NCBI GenBank assembly: GCA_041288095.1
Contig: JBGGMJ010000188.1
Coordinates: forward strand, 73,288-137,287
Reading direction: 5' to 3'
Length of the DNA: 64,000 nucleotides
Origin: Myxococcota bacterium
GTDB lineage: Bacteria > Myxococcota > XYA12-FULL-58-9 > JALHOP01
Shown: in pieces, positions 19,743-29,418 of the stretch
Layout of the letters: each line of letters starts with the position of its first letter
Position numbering within the stretch: position 1 is the stretch's first letter
Notes under the pieces: generated by a model
Database searches by the model: none
What the model was told of the DNA's origin: nothing
The model's input: the letters and a program-made list of their open reading frames with translations, nothing else
Translations under genes and position numbers: made by a program

Positions 19743-20393
19743 CTACTCGGTGCTACGGGCGGCTTTGCGGATGTCGGAGACGACGCGGCGGAAAGCTTGG
19801 CTCGGGTTCACGAACTGCACGGCGAAGCCGCGATCGGTATGGCGGACCACCTTGGCGTTCGCCTGGACCTCGCCCGCCGACGCCCCCTGGTCGGCACCCT
19901 TGGGCGCGAGCAGAGAGAGCACGATGACTTTGCCGACCTCTGGAGGCTTCTTGCCGATCAACGCGGCGCCGTCGAGCGAGAGGTCGATGAGCTTGGTCTT
20001 GTTGCGCTTGCTCTTCCACCAACGCTTCGGCGCGTCGTCCTCGGGTGATTCCCACTCGACCGCGGTGTCGATGCTGACGCGCGCGTTCTGCTGTTGCGGA
20101 ACGTAGCGCGACAGGAGCTCCTTGAGCTTGAGCTCGAAGTCGACGCTGGGCTCGACGAACTCGAGGCCGACCGTGCTCTTGGTGTCCCCGGCGATGCGCG
20201 CCTTGGTGCGGATGCGCATGCCCTCGTGAACGATCTCGACGTCGACCGTTGTCCCTATCGGCCAACGCTTCGAGGTCCCAATCGACATGCCCCCCGGTGA
20301 GAGTGTGTGGGAAAGGCACGGTTCGCTTTTTCCGTCCCAGCGGACGATGACGCCAACCGAAATGTCGAAGCGCTGCTTGGTGCGTTCACTCAT
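19743..20393 (-). CDS. Tandem PilZ-domain protein
   Basis: RTKQR..TLSPGG..VGLEF and NARV..DLSLDG..AKVVRH..GFAVQF; ATGA overlap with the EEP gene. Confidence 0.8.
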   Translation of the reverse strand: MSERTKQRFDISVGVIVRWDGKSEPCLSHTLSPGGMSIGTSKRWPIGTTVDVEIVHEGMRIRTKARIAGDTKSTVGLEFVEPSVDFELKLKELLSRYVPQQQNARVSIDTAVEWESPEDDAPKRWWKSKRNKTKLIDLSLDGAALIGKKPPEVGKVIVLSLLAPKGADQGASAGEVQANAKVVRHTDRGFAVQFVNPSQAFRRVVSDIRKAARSTE

Positions 20394-21124
20394 GTTCGCG
20401 ATTCTGTTTGTAGAACACCAAGGGGGGGTAGGGCCAGTTTGAGGATGGCCCGGAGCGGCAGGTGATCGCTGGCTCGCCGGGCGGTCTCGGTCGCGACCAC
20501 CTGAGCCCCCACCAGCGCCTCCCGGGGATGGACGTATACGCGGTCCAGGGCGAGAAATGGGCGCCGGGCCGGAAATGAGCGCAGGGGCGGCGTCCCCGCG
20601 TACGCGCCCTGGAGCCGGAGGAGGGTCGCTGCCCGCCAACGCCACTCGTTGAAGTCGCCCAGGACCACGGTGGGGGTCTTGCCGTCCACTGCCGCGAATA
20701 GAAGCTCGATTTGGCGGTTACGCTCCCCGTAGCGCAGGCCGAGGTGGGTATTGACCACGCGTAACGGGCCAAAGGGGGTTTCGAGGTCCACGTCGAGGGC
20801 GCCACGGGGCTCGCGGCTCTTCACCGACAGGTCGATCCAGCGGCGCTCGAGCACGGGAAAGCGGCTCAGGATGCCGTTGCCGGTGCTCACGTCCTGGCGG
20901 CGCACCAGGGGGCCAGCGACGCCGTGCATCTGGGTGAGCTCGGCGAGACGCTCGAGCTGGTTGCCGCTCGGGTTGTCGACAGCGTGGCAATCGATCTCCT
21001 GGACGCCGACGATGGCGGCGTCGACCTCACGCAAGACGGTCGCGATCCGTCCGAGGTCGCATACCCCATCGGTCCCGACCGCCCGGTGGATGTTGTAGGT
21101 GGCGACGGCGAGCTCGGCCGCCAT
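20390..21124 (-). CDS. Endonuclease/exonuclease/phosphatase family protein (YbhP-like)
   Basis: ATYNIH, VQEID, GNGILSR, NTHLGL, GDFNEW, LDRVY, SDHLP. Confidence 0.92.
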   Translation of the reverse strand: MAAELAVATYNIHRAVGTDGVCDLGRIATVLREVDAAIVGVQEIDCHAVDNPSGNQLERLAELTQMHGVAGPLVRRQDVSTGNGILSRFPVLERRWIDLSVKSREPRGALDVDLETPFGPLRVVNTHLGLRYGERNRQIELLFAAVDGKTPTVVLGDFNEWRWRAATLLRLQGAYAGTPPLRSFPARRPFLALDRVYVHPREALVGAQVVATETARRASDHLPLRAILKLALPPLGVLQTESRT

Positions 21125-23307
21125 CAGGCACGCACGGCCGCGGCGCCACGCCGTTCCGGGTAGACATCGCGTTTTGGCGTCCGCCCCAGCCGCCGGCGTA
21201 GCCAGATGCCGACGCCCAAGAGCGCGAGGCCCACCGCCGCCGCGGTGACGAGCCCTTTCGGGTCACGGGTGGCGATGGCTTCGAAGACGCTCGCGCCGAA
21301 GACGTTGACGCTGATGATGCCGGGCATGATGCCGATAGCGGTGCCGAGGATGAAGCGCGAGAAGCGCACGCCGGTGGCGCCGGCGATGACGTTGACGATG
21401 CTGAAGGGCGCGATGGGCATCAGCCGAATGCTGACGACCGCGATGACGCCGCTCTTCTTGAAGCGGCTCACGAGGTAACGCATGCGCCGGCCGCCGAGCC
21501 GCTGAATCGTGTCCTTGCCGATGAGCCGGCCGATGCCGAAGGTGAGCGTACCGGACAGCAGCGCGCCGGTGAGTGCGATGGGAATGCCGCGCAGGGCGCC
21601 GAAGACCAGGCCGGTTTGCAACACCAGCAAGGTGAGCGGGAAGCTCAATAGGCCGGCCCCGATGAAGGCGATCACCGCGGCGCCCCACATCCACGGTTCG
21701 TTGCGCAACGGCGCGGCGAGCGCGGCGAGCCGCTTGGGATCGAGGATCTCGTGCAGCGGGGTGAAGCGATAAGCCACGGCGAGCAGCAACATGCTCACCA
21801 CGATGGCGATTGTCCGCCATAGAGGACCAGAGGCCGAGCGTGCCTGCTCCTCGGGCAGCAGGGTGTCGAGCACCTTGTCGACGTCGATGGCGCTTTCCGG
21901 GTCGACGAGGCGCTCGTTGGGCAAGACGTCGTTCTTGAGCATGCTCGGCTCGGGAGGCCCGATGGGGGAAAGGCTGCGGGCGTTGCTCTGGCGCAAGCTA
22001 TCGACCGCGCCGATCATGCCGAGTCGCTCCTCCGCTTGAGCGTACATGTCCGGCGTGAGACCTAGATGCTCGGCGATGAGCCGGTGGCGCAAGCCATCGA
22101 TGTGCTCGCGCGCCGCGAACGTCGTGCCTTCCCAGGCGATGTCGCACTCGCTGTCTAGGCCCATCGAGCGGTTCGACAGGTTCGACGAGCCGATGCGCGC
22201 CAAGCGGTCGTCGACGATCATGACCTTGGAGTGGACGTTGATGCAGCCACCCTGGACGCCCGGCATGGTCGGGCAAAGGACGCGCAGGCGCTTGTGGCGG
22301 TCGGCTTCCGCGAGGAGCTCGAGCAATCGGCCGCGCAGGACGCTCATGGTGTTTTGCTCGAGCCATCCGGAGGCGATGCGCGGCAGGACCATGACGATCT
22401 CCGGGCCCTTCGGCGCTGTCAGCGAGCTGGTGAGCGCCTTGGTGATGCTGCGCGAGGTCAGGTACTGGCTCTCGATGTAGATGCGCGTCTGGGCGGCCGC
22501 GATGCTGTCGGCGTAGAGGTGCTCGACCTCGCGCACTTCGGCATGCTTGCCGCGGGCGCCGAACGTCCGGCTGATTCCGACGTCGATGTTACGCAGCTCG
22601 ATGCCGAAGTCGCGCGGCCACGGGAGCTCCGAGCCGTCGACGACGTTGGCCTCGCGGTTGGTGACCGGCGCGAGACGCTTGCCGGTGGCGGCTCGCCAGC
22701 GCTCCCGCGCGAGGTCGCCCAGAGCTTCCGCGGCTTCGCCGGCCACCATGACCTGGACATCGTGGAACGGCGCGTAGGGTTTGCCTTCGTGTGTCCTTCT
22801 TAGCGGATTTTTCGGGGAGTGCTCAGGGGTGTCCCAGCGGCTTTCCGCGAAATCGAGACCACCGCAGAAGGCGACGGAGTCGTCGATGACCACGACCTTC
22901 TGGTGTTGCGAAGCACCGACGGGGTGCTCGGCGTCGAGCTTGAAGTGGACGCGCCGATGGGTGCGGGCCCCAAACGAGAGACGGGGCAGCACTTCGCGCT
23001 CGAGCGCGTAAATGAGCGAAAAGTCCCACGCGAGGATGTAGACGTTCAGGTCCGGTGTGAGGCGCACCAGCTTGTCCAGGAAGGGCCCCAGGCGGTTCGG
23101 CAGCGCGTCGTGTGGGTCCGCCGGCCGGGTGAGCTCGAGCCGGCTGTCGATGTCCCAGCCCAGGATGAGGATCTGCCGTTGCGCTTGGCGCGCCGCGTCG
23201 GCGAACGCTCGATAGTAGGCGTCGGCGTCGACGAGGACGGAGAGACGCGACGCCCGGGCCGTGCGCCAGCAGTTCCTTCCCGCCGTGAGTATGTTAGAAG
23301 ACGCCAT
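21124..23307 (-). CDS. Phospholipase D (two HKD motifs) fused to a VTT/DedA membrane domain
   Basis: HQKVVVIDD and HSKVMIVDD..GSSN; C-terminal IRLMPIAPFSIVN..GIMPG. Confidence 0.92.
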   Translation of the reverse strand: MASSNILTAGRNCWRTARASRLSVLVDADAYYRAFADAARQAQRQILILGWDIDSRLELTRPADPHDALPNRLGPFLDKLVRLTPDLNVYILAWDFSLIYALEREVLPRLSFGARTHRRVHFKLDAEHPVGASQHQKVVVIDDSVAFCGGLDFAESRWDTPEHSPKNPLRRTHEGKPYAPFHDVQVMVAGEAAEALGDLARERWRAATGKRLAPVTNREANVVDGSELPWPRDFGIELRNIDVGISRTFGARGKHAEVREVEHLYADSIAAAQTRIYIESQYLTSRSITKALTSSLTAPKGPEIVMVLPRIASGWLEQNTMSVLRGRLLELLAEADRHKRLRVLCPTMPGVQGGCINVHSKVMIVDDRLARIGSSNLSNRSMGLDSECDIAWEGTTFAAREHIDGLRHRLIAEHLGLTPDMYAQAEERLGMIGAVDSLRQSNARSLSPIGPPEPSMLKNDVLPNERLVDPESAIDVDKVLDTLLPEEQARSASGPLWRTIAIVVSMLLLAVAYRFTPLHEILDPKRLAALAAPLRNEPWMWGAAVIAFIGAGLLSFPLTLLVLQTGLVFGALRGIPIALTGALLSGTLTFGIGRLIGKDTIQRLGGRRMRYLVSRFKKSGVIAVVSIRLMPIAPFSIVNVIAGATGVRFSRFILGTAIGIMPGIISVNVFGASVFEAIATRDPKGLVTAAAVGLALLGVGIWLRRRLGRTPKRDVYPERRGAAAVRA

Positions 23308-23368
23308 CAGTTGTCGGTCCTGGGATGTTAAACAGCTCGGGGCCCACCGCAAGTTTGCGAGGTCTGCG

Positions 23369-24211
23369 ATGCATGACGCCGAACCGGTAGGGCAGGCACG
23401 ACGGCAAGATGCCAAGGACCTGGTCCAGCTCGATCCCGACCATCCTGGGTTCCGCGACGCCGCCTACCGCAAGCGCCGCAACGACATTGCTCGCATCGCC
23501 GCCGAGTACAAAGAGGGCGATCCTATCCCAACGGTCGAGTATACGCCCGAAGAGCACGAGGTCTGGCGTACGGTATGGCGCTCGCTTGCGCCGGTCCATC
23601 AGAAGCACGCCTGCCGCGAGTACCTGACCGCTAGCGCCAACCTGAACCTTTCGCGTGAGCGCATCCCGCAGCTCGGCGAGGTCAGCGCGCGCGTGACCAA
23701 GCTCTCCGGCTTCCAGCTGCTGCCCGTCGGCGGCTTGGTCGAAGCCCGCGACTTCATCGGCAATCTCTCGCGCAACATCTTCCTGTCGACGCAGTACATT
23801 CGTCACCACAGCGTCCCGCTGTACACGCCCGAGCCGGACATCGTGCACGAGCTCGTCGGTCACGCCGCTAGCCTCACGGTTCCCGAGTACGTCGAGCTCA
23901 ATCGCGCCTTTGGCCGCGCGGCCATGCGGGTCGACGACGAGACCTTGAAGGCGGTGGTGAACGTGTACTGGTTCACCGTCGAATTCGGTTTGGCGATGGA
24001 AGACGGTGACCCGAAGGCCTATGGGGCCGGGTTGGTGTCGTCGTTCGGCGAGCTCGAGAGCTTCAAGAAGAACGCGGAGCTCAAACCGTTCGTTATCGAG
24101 GACATCGGGCGGACCAGCTACGACCCGACGCAGTATCAGAAGGTGCTCTTCGTGGCGCCTAGCTTCGAGCGGATGGTCAAGGAGCTCATGGCTTGGTTGG
24201 ACGCGCTCTGA
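23369..24211 (+). CDS. phhA: Phenylalanine 4-monooxygenase (aromatic amino acid hydroxylase)
   Basis: LDPDHPGFRD..YRKRR, TQYIRH, YTPEPDIVHELVGH, YWFTVEFGL, KAYGAGLVSSFGE. Confidence 0.93.
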   Translation: MHDAEPVGQARRQDAKDLVQLDPDHPGFRDAAYRKRRNDIARIAAEYKEGDPIPTVEYTPEEHEVWRTVWRSLAPVHQKHACREYLTASANLNLSRERIPQLGEVSARVTKLSGFQLLPVGGLVEARDFIGNLSRNIFLSTQYIRHHSVPLYTPEPDIVHELVGHAASLTVPEYVELNRAFGRAAMRVDDETLKAVVNVYWFTVEFGLAMEDGDPKAYGAGLVSSFGELESFKKNAELKPFVIEDIGRTSYDPTQYQKVLFVAPSFERMVKELMAWLDAL

Positions 24212-24746
24212 AATCCCCCGGCAAGTTGATATTCCCAATCCCAGCCACCCGCGAAACGAGATCCCCCTCGCACAACAAAGCCCGAGCCCGCCGCTCTCCG
24301 CGTGCCAGCAGCGCCTCGGCGATACGCCCAAGCGCCCGATGATAGATCGCGCAAAGCGGCTCCACCCCACGCGGTGAAACCCAAGCAACCGCCAATCGCC
24401 CTCGCCGCCGCTCCGTCGCCAAGCGCGTGAAATCCTCGGTCGCGACCCCCGCGAGGTCACAAGCAACGACGAAGACCCACGGCGCACGCGTTACAGCAAG
24501 CGCCGTCGCAATTCCACGGAGTGGACCCTCATCGGGCCGCGAGTCGGTCACGATTCGTAGCGTACGCGATAGCGGATGATCCGCCTGATCCGCTCGGCCA
24601 ACCGCGAACGCATCATCGACGAGTGGCCGAAAGGTCGCGAGCAGCGTCTCGGACGTAGTCAGCCCCGACGGCAGCACCAAGCCCGCCTTGTCGATCCCAC
24701 CCAACCGCCGGCCATGCCCACCTATGAGCAACGCCAGGCTAATCAA
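24186..24746 (-). CDS. mobA: Molybdenum cofactor guanylyltransferase
   Basis: LIGGHGRRLGGIDKA, GPLRGI, VACDL, EPLCAIY, NINLP. Confidence 0.85.
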   Translation of the reverse strand: MISLALLIGGHGRRLGGIDKAGLVLPSGLTTSETLLATFRPLVDDAFAVGRADQADHPLSRTLRIVTDSRPDEGPLRGIATALAVTRAPWVFVVACDLAGVATEDFTRLATERRRGRLAVAWVSPRGVEPLCAIYHRALGRIAEALLARGERRARALLCEGDLVSRVAGIGNINLPGDFRARPTKP

Positions 24747-27370
24747 GCGCTGACGCTGGTGCCCGCGCTGATCGAGCTCATCTCGCTACGGGCCGACACC
24801 AAGTCCTGCAGCCACTTCTCCCAAACGCGAATCACGGGCTCCCGCATCTCAGCCGGCGCGTTGGGATCGAAGCCACCGCTGTAGCCGGTGAGGAGCTGGA
24901 GCTCGCTGAATGCGATGCGCTGCACATGTGGGCTCGGATGGCGGAGGCTCGCGACCAGCCAGCTCTCGCGCGGACGGTTGTAGCTTGCCTGCCACCACTC
25001 GGCCCAACGGGCGACGTCACGGCCGTGGGCTTGAGCGCATATGACCGCCAAAGCGGACGCAGACGCCGAGGCCAGCTCGGGTTGCGGCGACACCACCAAG
25101 GGAATGAGCGAGGGTACGGCGCGCGGATCGCGTAGCTGCCCCAAGACCTGCACGGTCGTGACCTGAACTTCGTAGACCGGCACTTTGAGCTGCTCGCGCA
25201 GACTCTGGAGGATGCGGGCGTAGCCAGGCTCGCGCGTGTAAGAGCGCAGGGCGTCCGCCGCCAGGAACCGATTGCGTGGCTCGGTGTCGTAGAGGCGTCG
25301 CGCCAGGCCTTCGAGCGCGGGCGGGTAGGGCGTAACGAGCAGCATGTAGATGGCGAAGAGCCGTTGCGTGCGGTCGGGGCTGTCGAGGTGGCCGAGGACG
25401 ACCGGTATGGCGTCGGAGCCGCGCGCGACCAGCAACGCCATCAAGCCGGAGCATTCGGCGAGCGGCGGGAGGGTTTGGTCGGGAGCGAAGGGATCGACCA
25501 GCAGCTTGCCCGGGAAGCGCGCTCGCAAGCTGTCGTCGAGCACGGTGCCGTACGGCAGGAGAGCGCCGATGGACGCGAGGCGGGCCTCGGGGTCCAAGGC
25601 GTCGAGCCCGTCGAGCAACATCTCGCGTGGATCGACACGTTGGCCGGCGACCTCGACGTTGGCTTGGACCGCGGCTGGCGCACCGAGGGGCGCCGAGAGC
25701 GACGGGGCCTTGCGGGCCTCGGCGATGACGTCCTCCCAAGTGACCGCTGGGGGGGCGGACGATTCGCTCGACGCCGGCTCCGGAAGCGGAGCCGCCTCGG
25801 TCTGCACGGTTTCGACCAACACGTCTTCCCAGCCGGAGACGGCGTCCTCGGGACTCTCGCGGTCGATGTCGGCGAAAGCGACATAGGCGCCCGGCTCGTG
25901 CTGCCGCGTGTGCGGTACCATCTCGATGTCGTCCGAGACGATCTCGGGGATCTCCTGGTCCGGAGCGAGTGGCGGCGTGTACATCGCCGGCTGCTGATCA
26001 CTGGTGGCGTCGTAGCTGCCGTAAGCGGCCTGCGAATCCCCGGCGGGCTCGAAGGTCAGTGACGTCGCGTCGTGATGATCGTAGGTCACCGGCGTGCTGT
26101 AGGAATCGGGCGCATCGTAGCTCACCGATTCGTAGCCATCGTCTGCTCGCGCGGATGCCTCCTCCGCGGCGGGCGGGGTAGGCTCACTCATGCCGGTCTC
26201 GTAGCTGACGTCCGCGAAGCTCTGTTCGTTGCTGGCTCCGCCTTCTTCGATGTGCACCGCGATCTCTTCGTCGGCGGGCGCCACCGTTGGCGCGGGCGGC
26301 GGCGGCACCAACATCGCCTTGCGGCGGCGGATGAGATTTTCGAAGCACAGGCCGACACGATGGGTGAGGAGCAGCACACCCGAGACGCGGCGGGCGAGGA
26401 CGCCGCGCGAGCCGTTGTCGGCGTAGAGGATACCGATGAGGCGCCCGCCCACGGTGAGCGGCGCGACGAACGCCGTCCGCGGTGGCGTACGACCGAGGTC
26501 CTGCAAGAGCTTGAGGTTGGCGGGTGTCTGCGGGATCGGTCCGAGGTAATGACCGCGCGTCTGCTGCACCGTGGCGAGCACGGACGGGATGACGAGCGGC
26601 TGCGACAGGCGCGCGACCCGCTGCGTCGCGGTCGGATCGGTGCTGCGCCAGCCGTCGATGCGGTCACCGTGCACCAGGAAAATGGCGACGAACTCGAACG
26701 TGCCGAGGGCGATCTCGAGCAAGATTTCGACAACGCTATCGCGGTCATTCGCCGAATCCAGGCGCGCCAAGAGGCCCGCGACGTCCGGGCCGCCGCGCCG
26801 GGTCTCGCCGCGTGCGCGGCCGGGGCGGATCCGTGAAGCCGGCAAGCCCCATGACAACATGTGATCGATGGGCGCCGGCTCATAGAGCGGCGTTGGCCCG
26901 GTGCCGTCCAAGCGGGTGAGCAGGGCCGCGAAGCGCGGCAGCAGGCCCACGCCGTAGACGCGATGCATGGCGTAGTGCATGCGCGCCTCGGTGGTGATCG
27001 TGGCCGAGGGATGCAGACGGAGGCGCTCGCGGATCCGCGCGAATAGATCCTCGTCGGTCGCGCCGTTCACCAAGACACCGAGGTTGCCGCCGACGAGGCG
27101 ATACGGCACCAGGCGATAGGTCTCCGCGAACACCAACGGAAAGATGCGCGGGATGTGCGGCTCGATGGCGTCGATGTCGCTCTTGTCGCCGGTGGGCATG
27201 CGGTAGGCCTCACCGAGCGCGCGCAGAATCGTCACCTCGGGCACACCGAGCTCGAGCAAGTTGGTGTCGAGGCTGCCGCCGTGGACGACCTGACGCCGCG
27301 CCGCCTCGTCGATGTCCGCCGCGGACACGAGGTGCTCGCCGAGCAGGGCTTGAACGAGCTGTTGCGACAT
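24743..27370 (-). CDS. FrgA-like protein: GspE-N/MshEN-like domain + GAF-like region + acidic linker + HEAT repeats
   Basis: ARRQVVHGGSLDTNLLELG..FAETYRLVPY; GHYLGP..GILYADN; VLGQLRDPRAVPSLIPL; WAEWW. Confidence 0.7.
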   Translation of the reverse strand: MSQQLVQALLGEHLVSAADIDEAARRQVVHGGSLDTNLLELGVPEVTILRALGEAYRMPTGDKSDIDAIEPHIPRIFPLVFAETYRLVPYRLVGGNLGVLVNGATDEDLFARIRERLRLHPSATITTEARMHYAMHRVYGVGLLPRFAALLTRLDGTGPTPLYEPAPIDHMLSWGLPASRIRPGRARGETRRGGPDVAGLLARLDSANDRDSVVEILLEIALGTFEFVAIFLVHGDRIDGWRSTDPTATQRVARLSQPLVIPSVLATVQQTRGHYLGPIPQTPANLKLLQDLGRTPPRTAFVAPLTVGGRLIGILYADNGSRGVLARRVSGVLLLTHRVGLCFENLIRRRKAMLVPPPPAPTVAPADEEIAVHIEEGGASNEQSFADVSYETGMSEPTPPAAEEASARADDGYESVSYDAPDSYSTPVTYDHHDATSLTFEPAGDSQAAYGSYDATSDQQPAMYTPPLAPDQEIPEIVSDDIEMVPHTRQHEPGAYVAFADIDRESPEDAVSGWEDVLVETVQTEAAPLPEPASSESSAPPAVTWEDVIAEARKAPSLSAPLGAPAAVQANVEVAGQRVDPREMLLDGLDALDPEARLASIGALLPYGTVLDDSLRARFPGKLLVDPFAPDQTLPPLAECSGLMALLVARGSDAIPVVLGHLDSPDRTQRLFAIYMLLVTPYPPALEGLARRLYDTEPRNRFLAADALRSYTREPGYARILQSLREQLKVPVYEVQVTTVQVLGQLRDPRAVPSLIPLVVSPQPELASASASALAVICAQAHGRDVARWAEWWQASYNRPRESWLVASLRHPSPHVQRIAFSELQLLTGYSGGFDPNAPAEMREPVIRVWEKWLQDLVSARSEMSSISAGTSVSA

Positions 27371-27393
27371 GAGCGGTCTCGACCCTCGTCCCG

Positions 27394-29418
27394 CTAGAAT
27401 GCCGACTGCAATACGTAGGGGAACACCACGGTAACCGGCTGACCCGTGAACTTCGGAAACTTCCAGGTCTTCACGCGACGCACCGTGCACTGCCCCATGG
27501 TGGAGCTCTTGAACTGCGCGGTGTTGATGTCGGCGCCGGTGACGTCGCCTGACGGGTCGATGGTGAGCTGAACTTCCATCTTGCCGGCGAGCTTCTCGCC
27601 CTTACGCGCGGCCTCCGCGTAGCAGAGCTTCATCGAGGTGTTGTTGTCGTTGACCACCTTGTAGATGGCGTCCTGCGTGAGACCCTCGGGCAGGTTCGGC
27701 GTCTGAATGGAATCCGGAGCCGCGAGCTTGACGTTGGCTTCCTGCTTGTCCTTGTCGTTGAAGAGCTGCTCCGCCATGGCGCGCTCTTCGCCCTGTGCCG
27801 GCGTCTCGGTTGTGCCCTCGGGGGGCTTTGCCTCGCCTGAATCCTTGGCCTCGCCGGCGCTCTTCGTGTCGTGCTTCGGGGCCTTGTCGTTCTTGCCGCC
27901 GGTTTCGCCCTGATTGCTGCGATCGAGCAGCTTGCGGCGGAGGCTTTCGAGCTGCGCGCGCTTCTTCGGGTCGAGATCCTCGGCGGCGAGCTTGTTCTCG
28001 GTCCGCTCGAGCGCACGGTCGACGTTGGGGTCTTCCACCCCGGCGACGTCGTACACCGCGCCCATGCCCGGCAGCACGATGAGCCCGCGCATGTCCATGA
28101 CGATGAAGCCGCAAATGAGCAACAGCACGACAGTGGTGATCACCGCGGCGATGCGGTTGTTGCGGCGCTTCTTGTAGATGCCGGCGGTCGCCATGTAGAC
28201 GCGCGTCGAGTCGCCCGGCGGCTTGTCGAGGTAGTTCGGATCATCGACCAGGTGATCCATGCCCGAACCTTCTTCGGGCAGAGGCTGCTGGCCGCTCACG
28301 TCGTCGAAGGAGCCGAGGCCGAGATCGCCGGTCGGCTCGTGTTGGCCGATGGTGGCGCTCGCGAAGTCGTCGGTGGGACGCTTCGGTGCGTCGTCGATGA
28401 TCTCGATGCCCTCCTGGAGTTGAACCGTGTCGGCGCGGCGCGATTCCCCGGCAGGTGGGGTGCTCATGACCGACGCGGCGAGAGCGGCGACGCGCGCATC
28501 GGAGACCACCATGGTCTCGGCCTTGTAGAAGCCGTGCGGCTCCTCGTCCGCGATCGTGATCTCGTCGGCGCTGGCCGCGAGCGCGTTGGGCGCGGCCGGC
28601 TCGCCGTTCATGATCGACGTGGTCTCTTCGAAGATACCGCTCGAGACCTCCTCGAGGTCGGTGATGGCGATGTCGTCGGTGGGACGCCGTGCGGGGTCGT
28701 TGGCGGCGGCGCTTTGCGCGGCGGCTCGCTCCATCGCGTACTCGGTGACCGACGGATCGACCTTGGCTGACCCGCCCACCAGGGTTTCGGCGGCGACGAC
28801 CGGAGCCGTCGCGGCGGCGAAGCGCTCGACGCTGCCCAAGCGCTCCCAATTGCCCATGCCGCTCTTCCACAAGAAGGTGCGGCGATCGATCTCGTTCCGC
28901 GACAACATCGTGTCGACGTTCGCCGCGGTCATGGGACCGCGCTGCTTGCCGGCGATGAGCACGAACCACTCGGGAGTCTCGCCCGACGGTCCAGGCTGGA
29001 TGGGACGAGCTTCTTCGGACTCCGGTTGGACCTGGTCACCTTCGGCCGCGGCGGCGCGCAGCAAGTTGATCTGCTCGACCGAGACGATGCGAGTCGCTTC
29101 GCCACCGTCGTCGCCGAACGACACGTCGGGGCGTTGCGCGGCCTGCATGCCGACCTTCGTCGGTTGCGTCGACTGATCGCGCAGCTTGTTGATCTCGGCG
29201 ACCGAGGCGATGCGTGTCGTCTCGACTGGCTCGAAGCTTCGCGCGGCCAGGGCATTGGCGGCGCCTTCGAGGATTTGCGCTTGATCGCCCCCATCTTTGC
29301 GACGCAAGCGAACCACGTTGCCGCAGGTCTTGCAGGGAAACTTCAAGACCTTTCCCGGCGGCACCTTGTCGTCGGAGATGGAATAGCGCGTGTTGCACTT
29401 GGGACAGGCGAATTTCAC
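27394..29418 (-). CDS. Zinc-ribbon + GYF_2 + TM + AgmX/PglI (TonB_C-like) protein, GltJ/AgmX-like
   Basis: CPKCNTRYSI..CKTC; WFVLIAGKQRGP..WKSGMGNW; single TM; KLCY..CTVRRVKTWKFP..VVFPY. Confidence 0.85.
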   Translation of the reverse strand: MKFACPKCNTRYSISDDKVPPGKVLKFPCKTCGNVVRLRRKDGGDQAQILEGAANALAARSFEPVETTRIASVAEINKLRDQSTQPTKVGMQAAQRPDVSFGDDGGEATRIVSVEQINLLRAAAAEGDQVQPESEEARPIQPGPSGETPEWFVLIAGKQRGPMTAANVDTMLSRNEIDRRTFLWKSGMGNWERLGSVERFAAATAPVVAAETLVGGSAKVDPSVTEYAMERAAAQSAAANDPARRPTDDIAITDLEEVSSGIFEETTSIMNGEPAAPNALAASADEITIADEEPHGFYKAETMVVSDARVAALAASVMSTPPAGESRRADTVQLQEGIEIIDDAPKRPTDDFASATIGQHEPTGDLGLGSFDDVSGQQPLPEEGSGMDHLVDDPNYLDKPPGDSTRVYMATAGIYKKRRNNRIAAVITTVVLLLICGFIVMDMRGLIVLPGMGAVYDVAGVEDPNVDRALERTENKLAAEDLDPKKRAQLESLRRKLLDRSNQGETGGKNDKAPKHDTKSAGEAKDSGEAKPPEGTTETPAQGEERAMAEQLFNDKDKQEANVKLAAPDSIQTPNLPEGLTQDAIYKVVNDNNTSMKLCYAEAARKGEKLAGKMEVQLTIDPSGDVTGADINTAQFKSSTMGQCTVRRVKTWKFPKFTGQPVTVVFPYVLQSAF

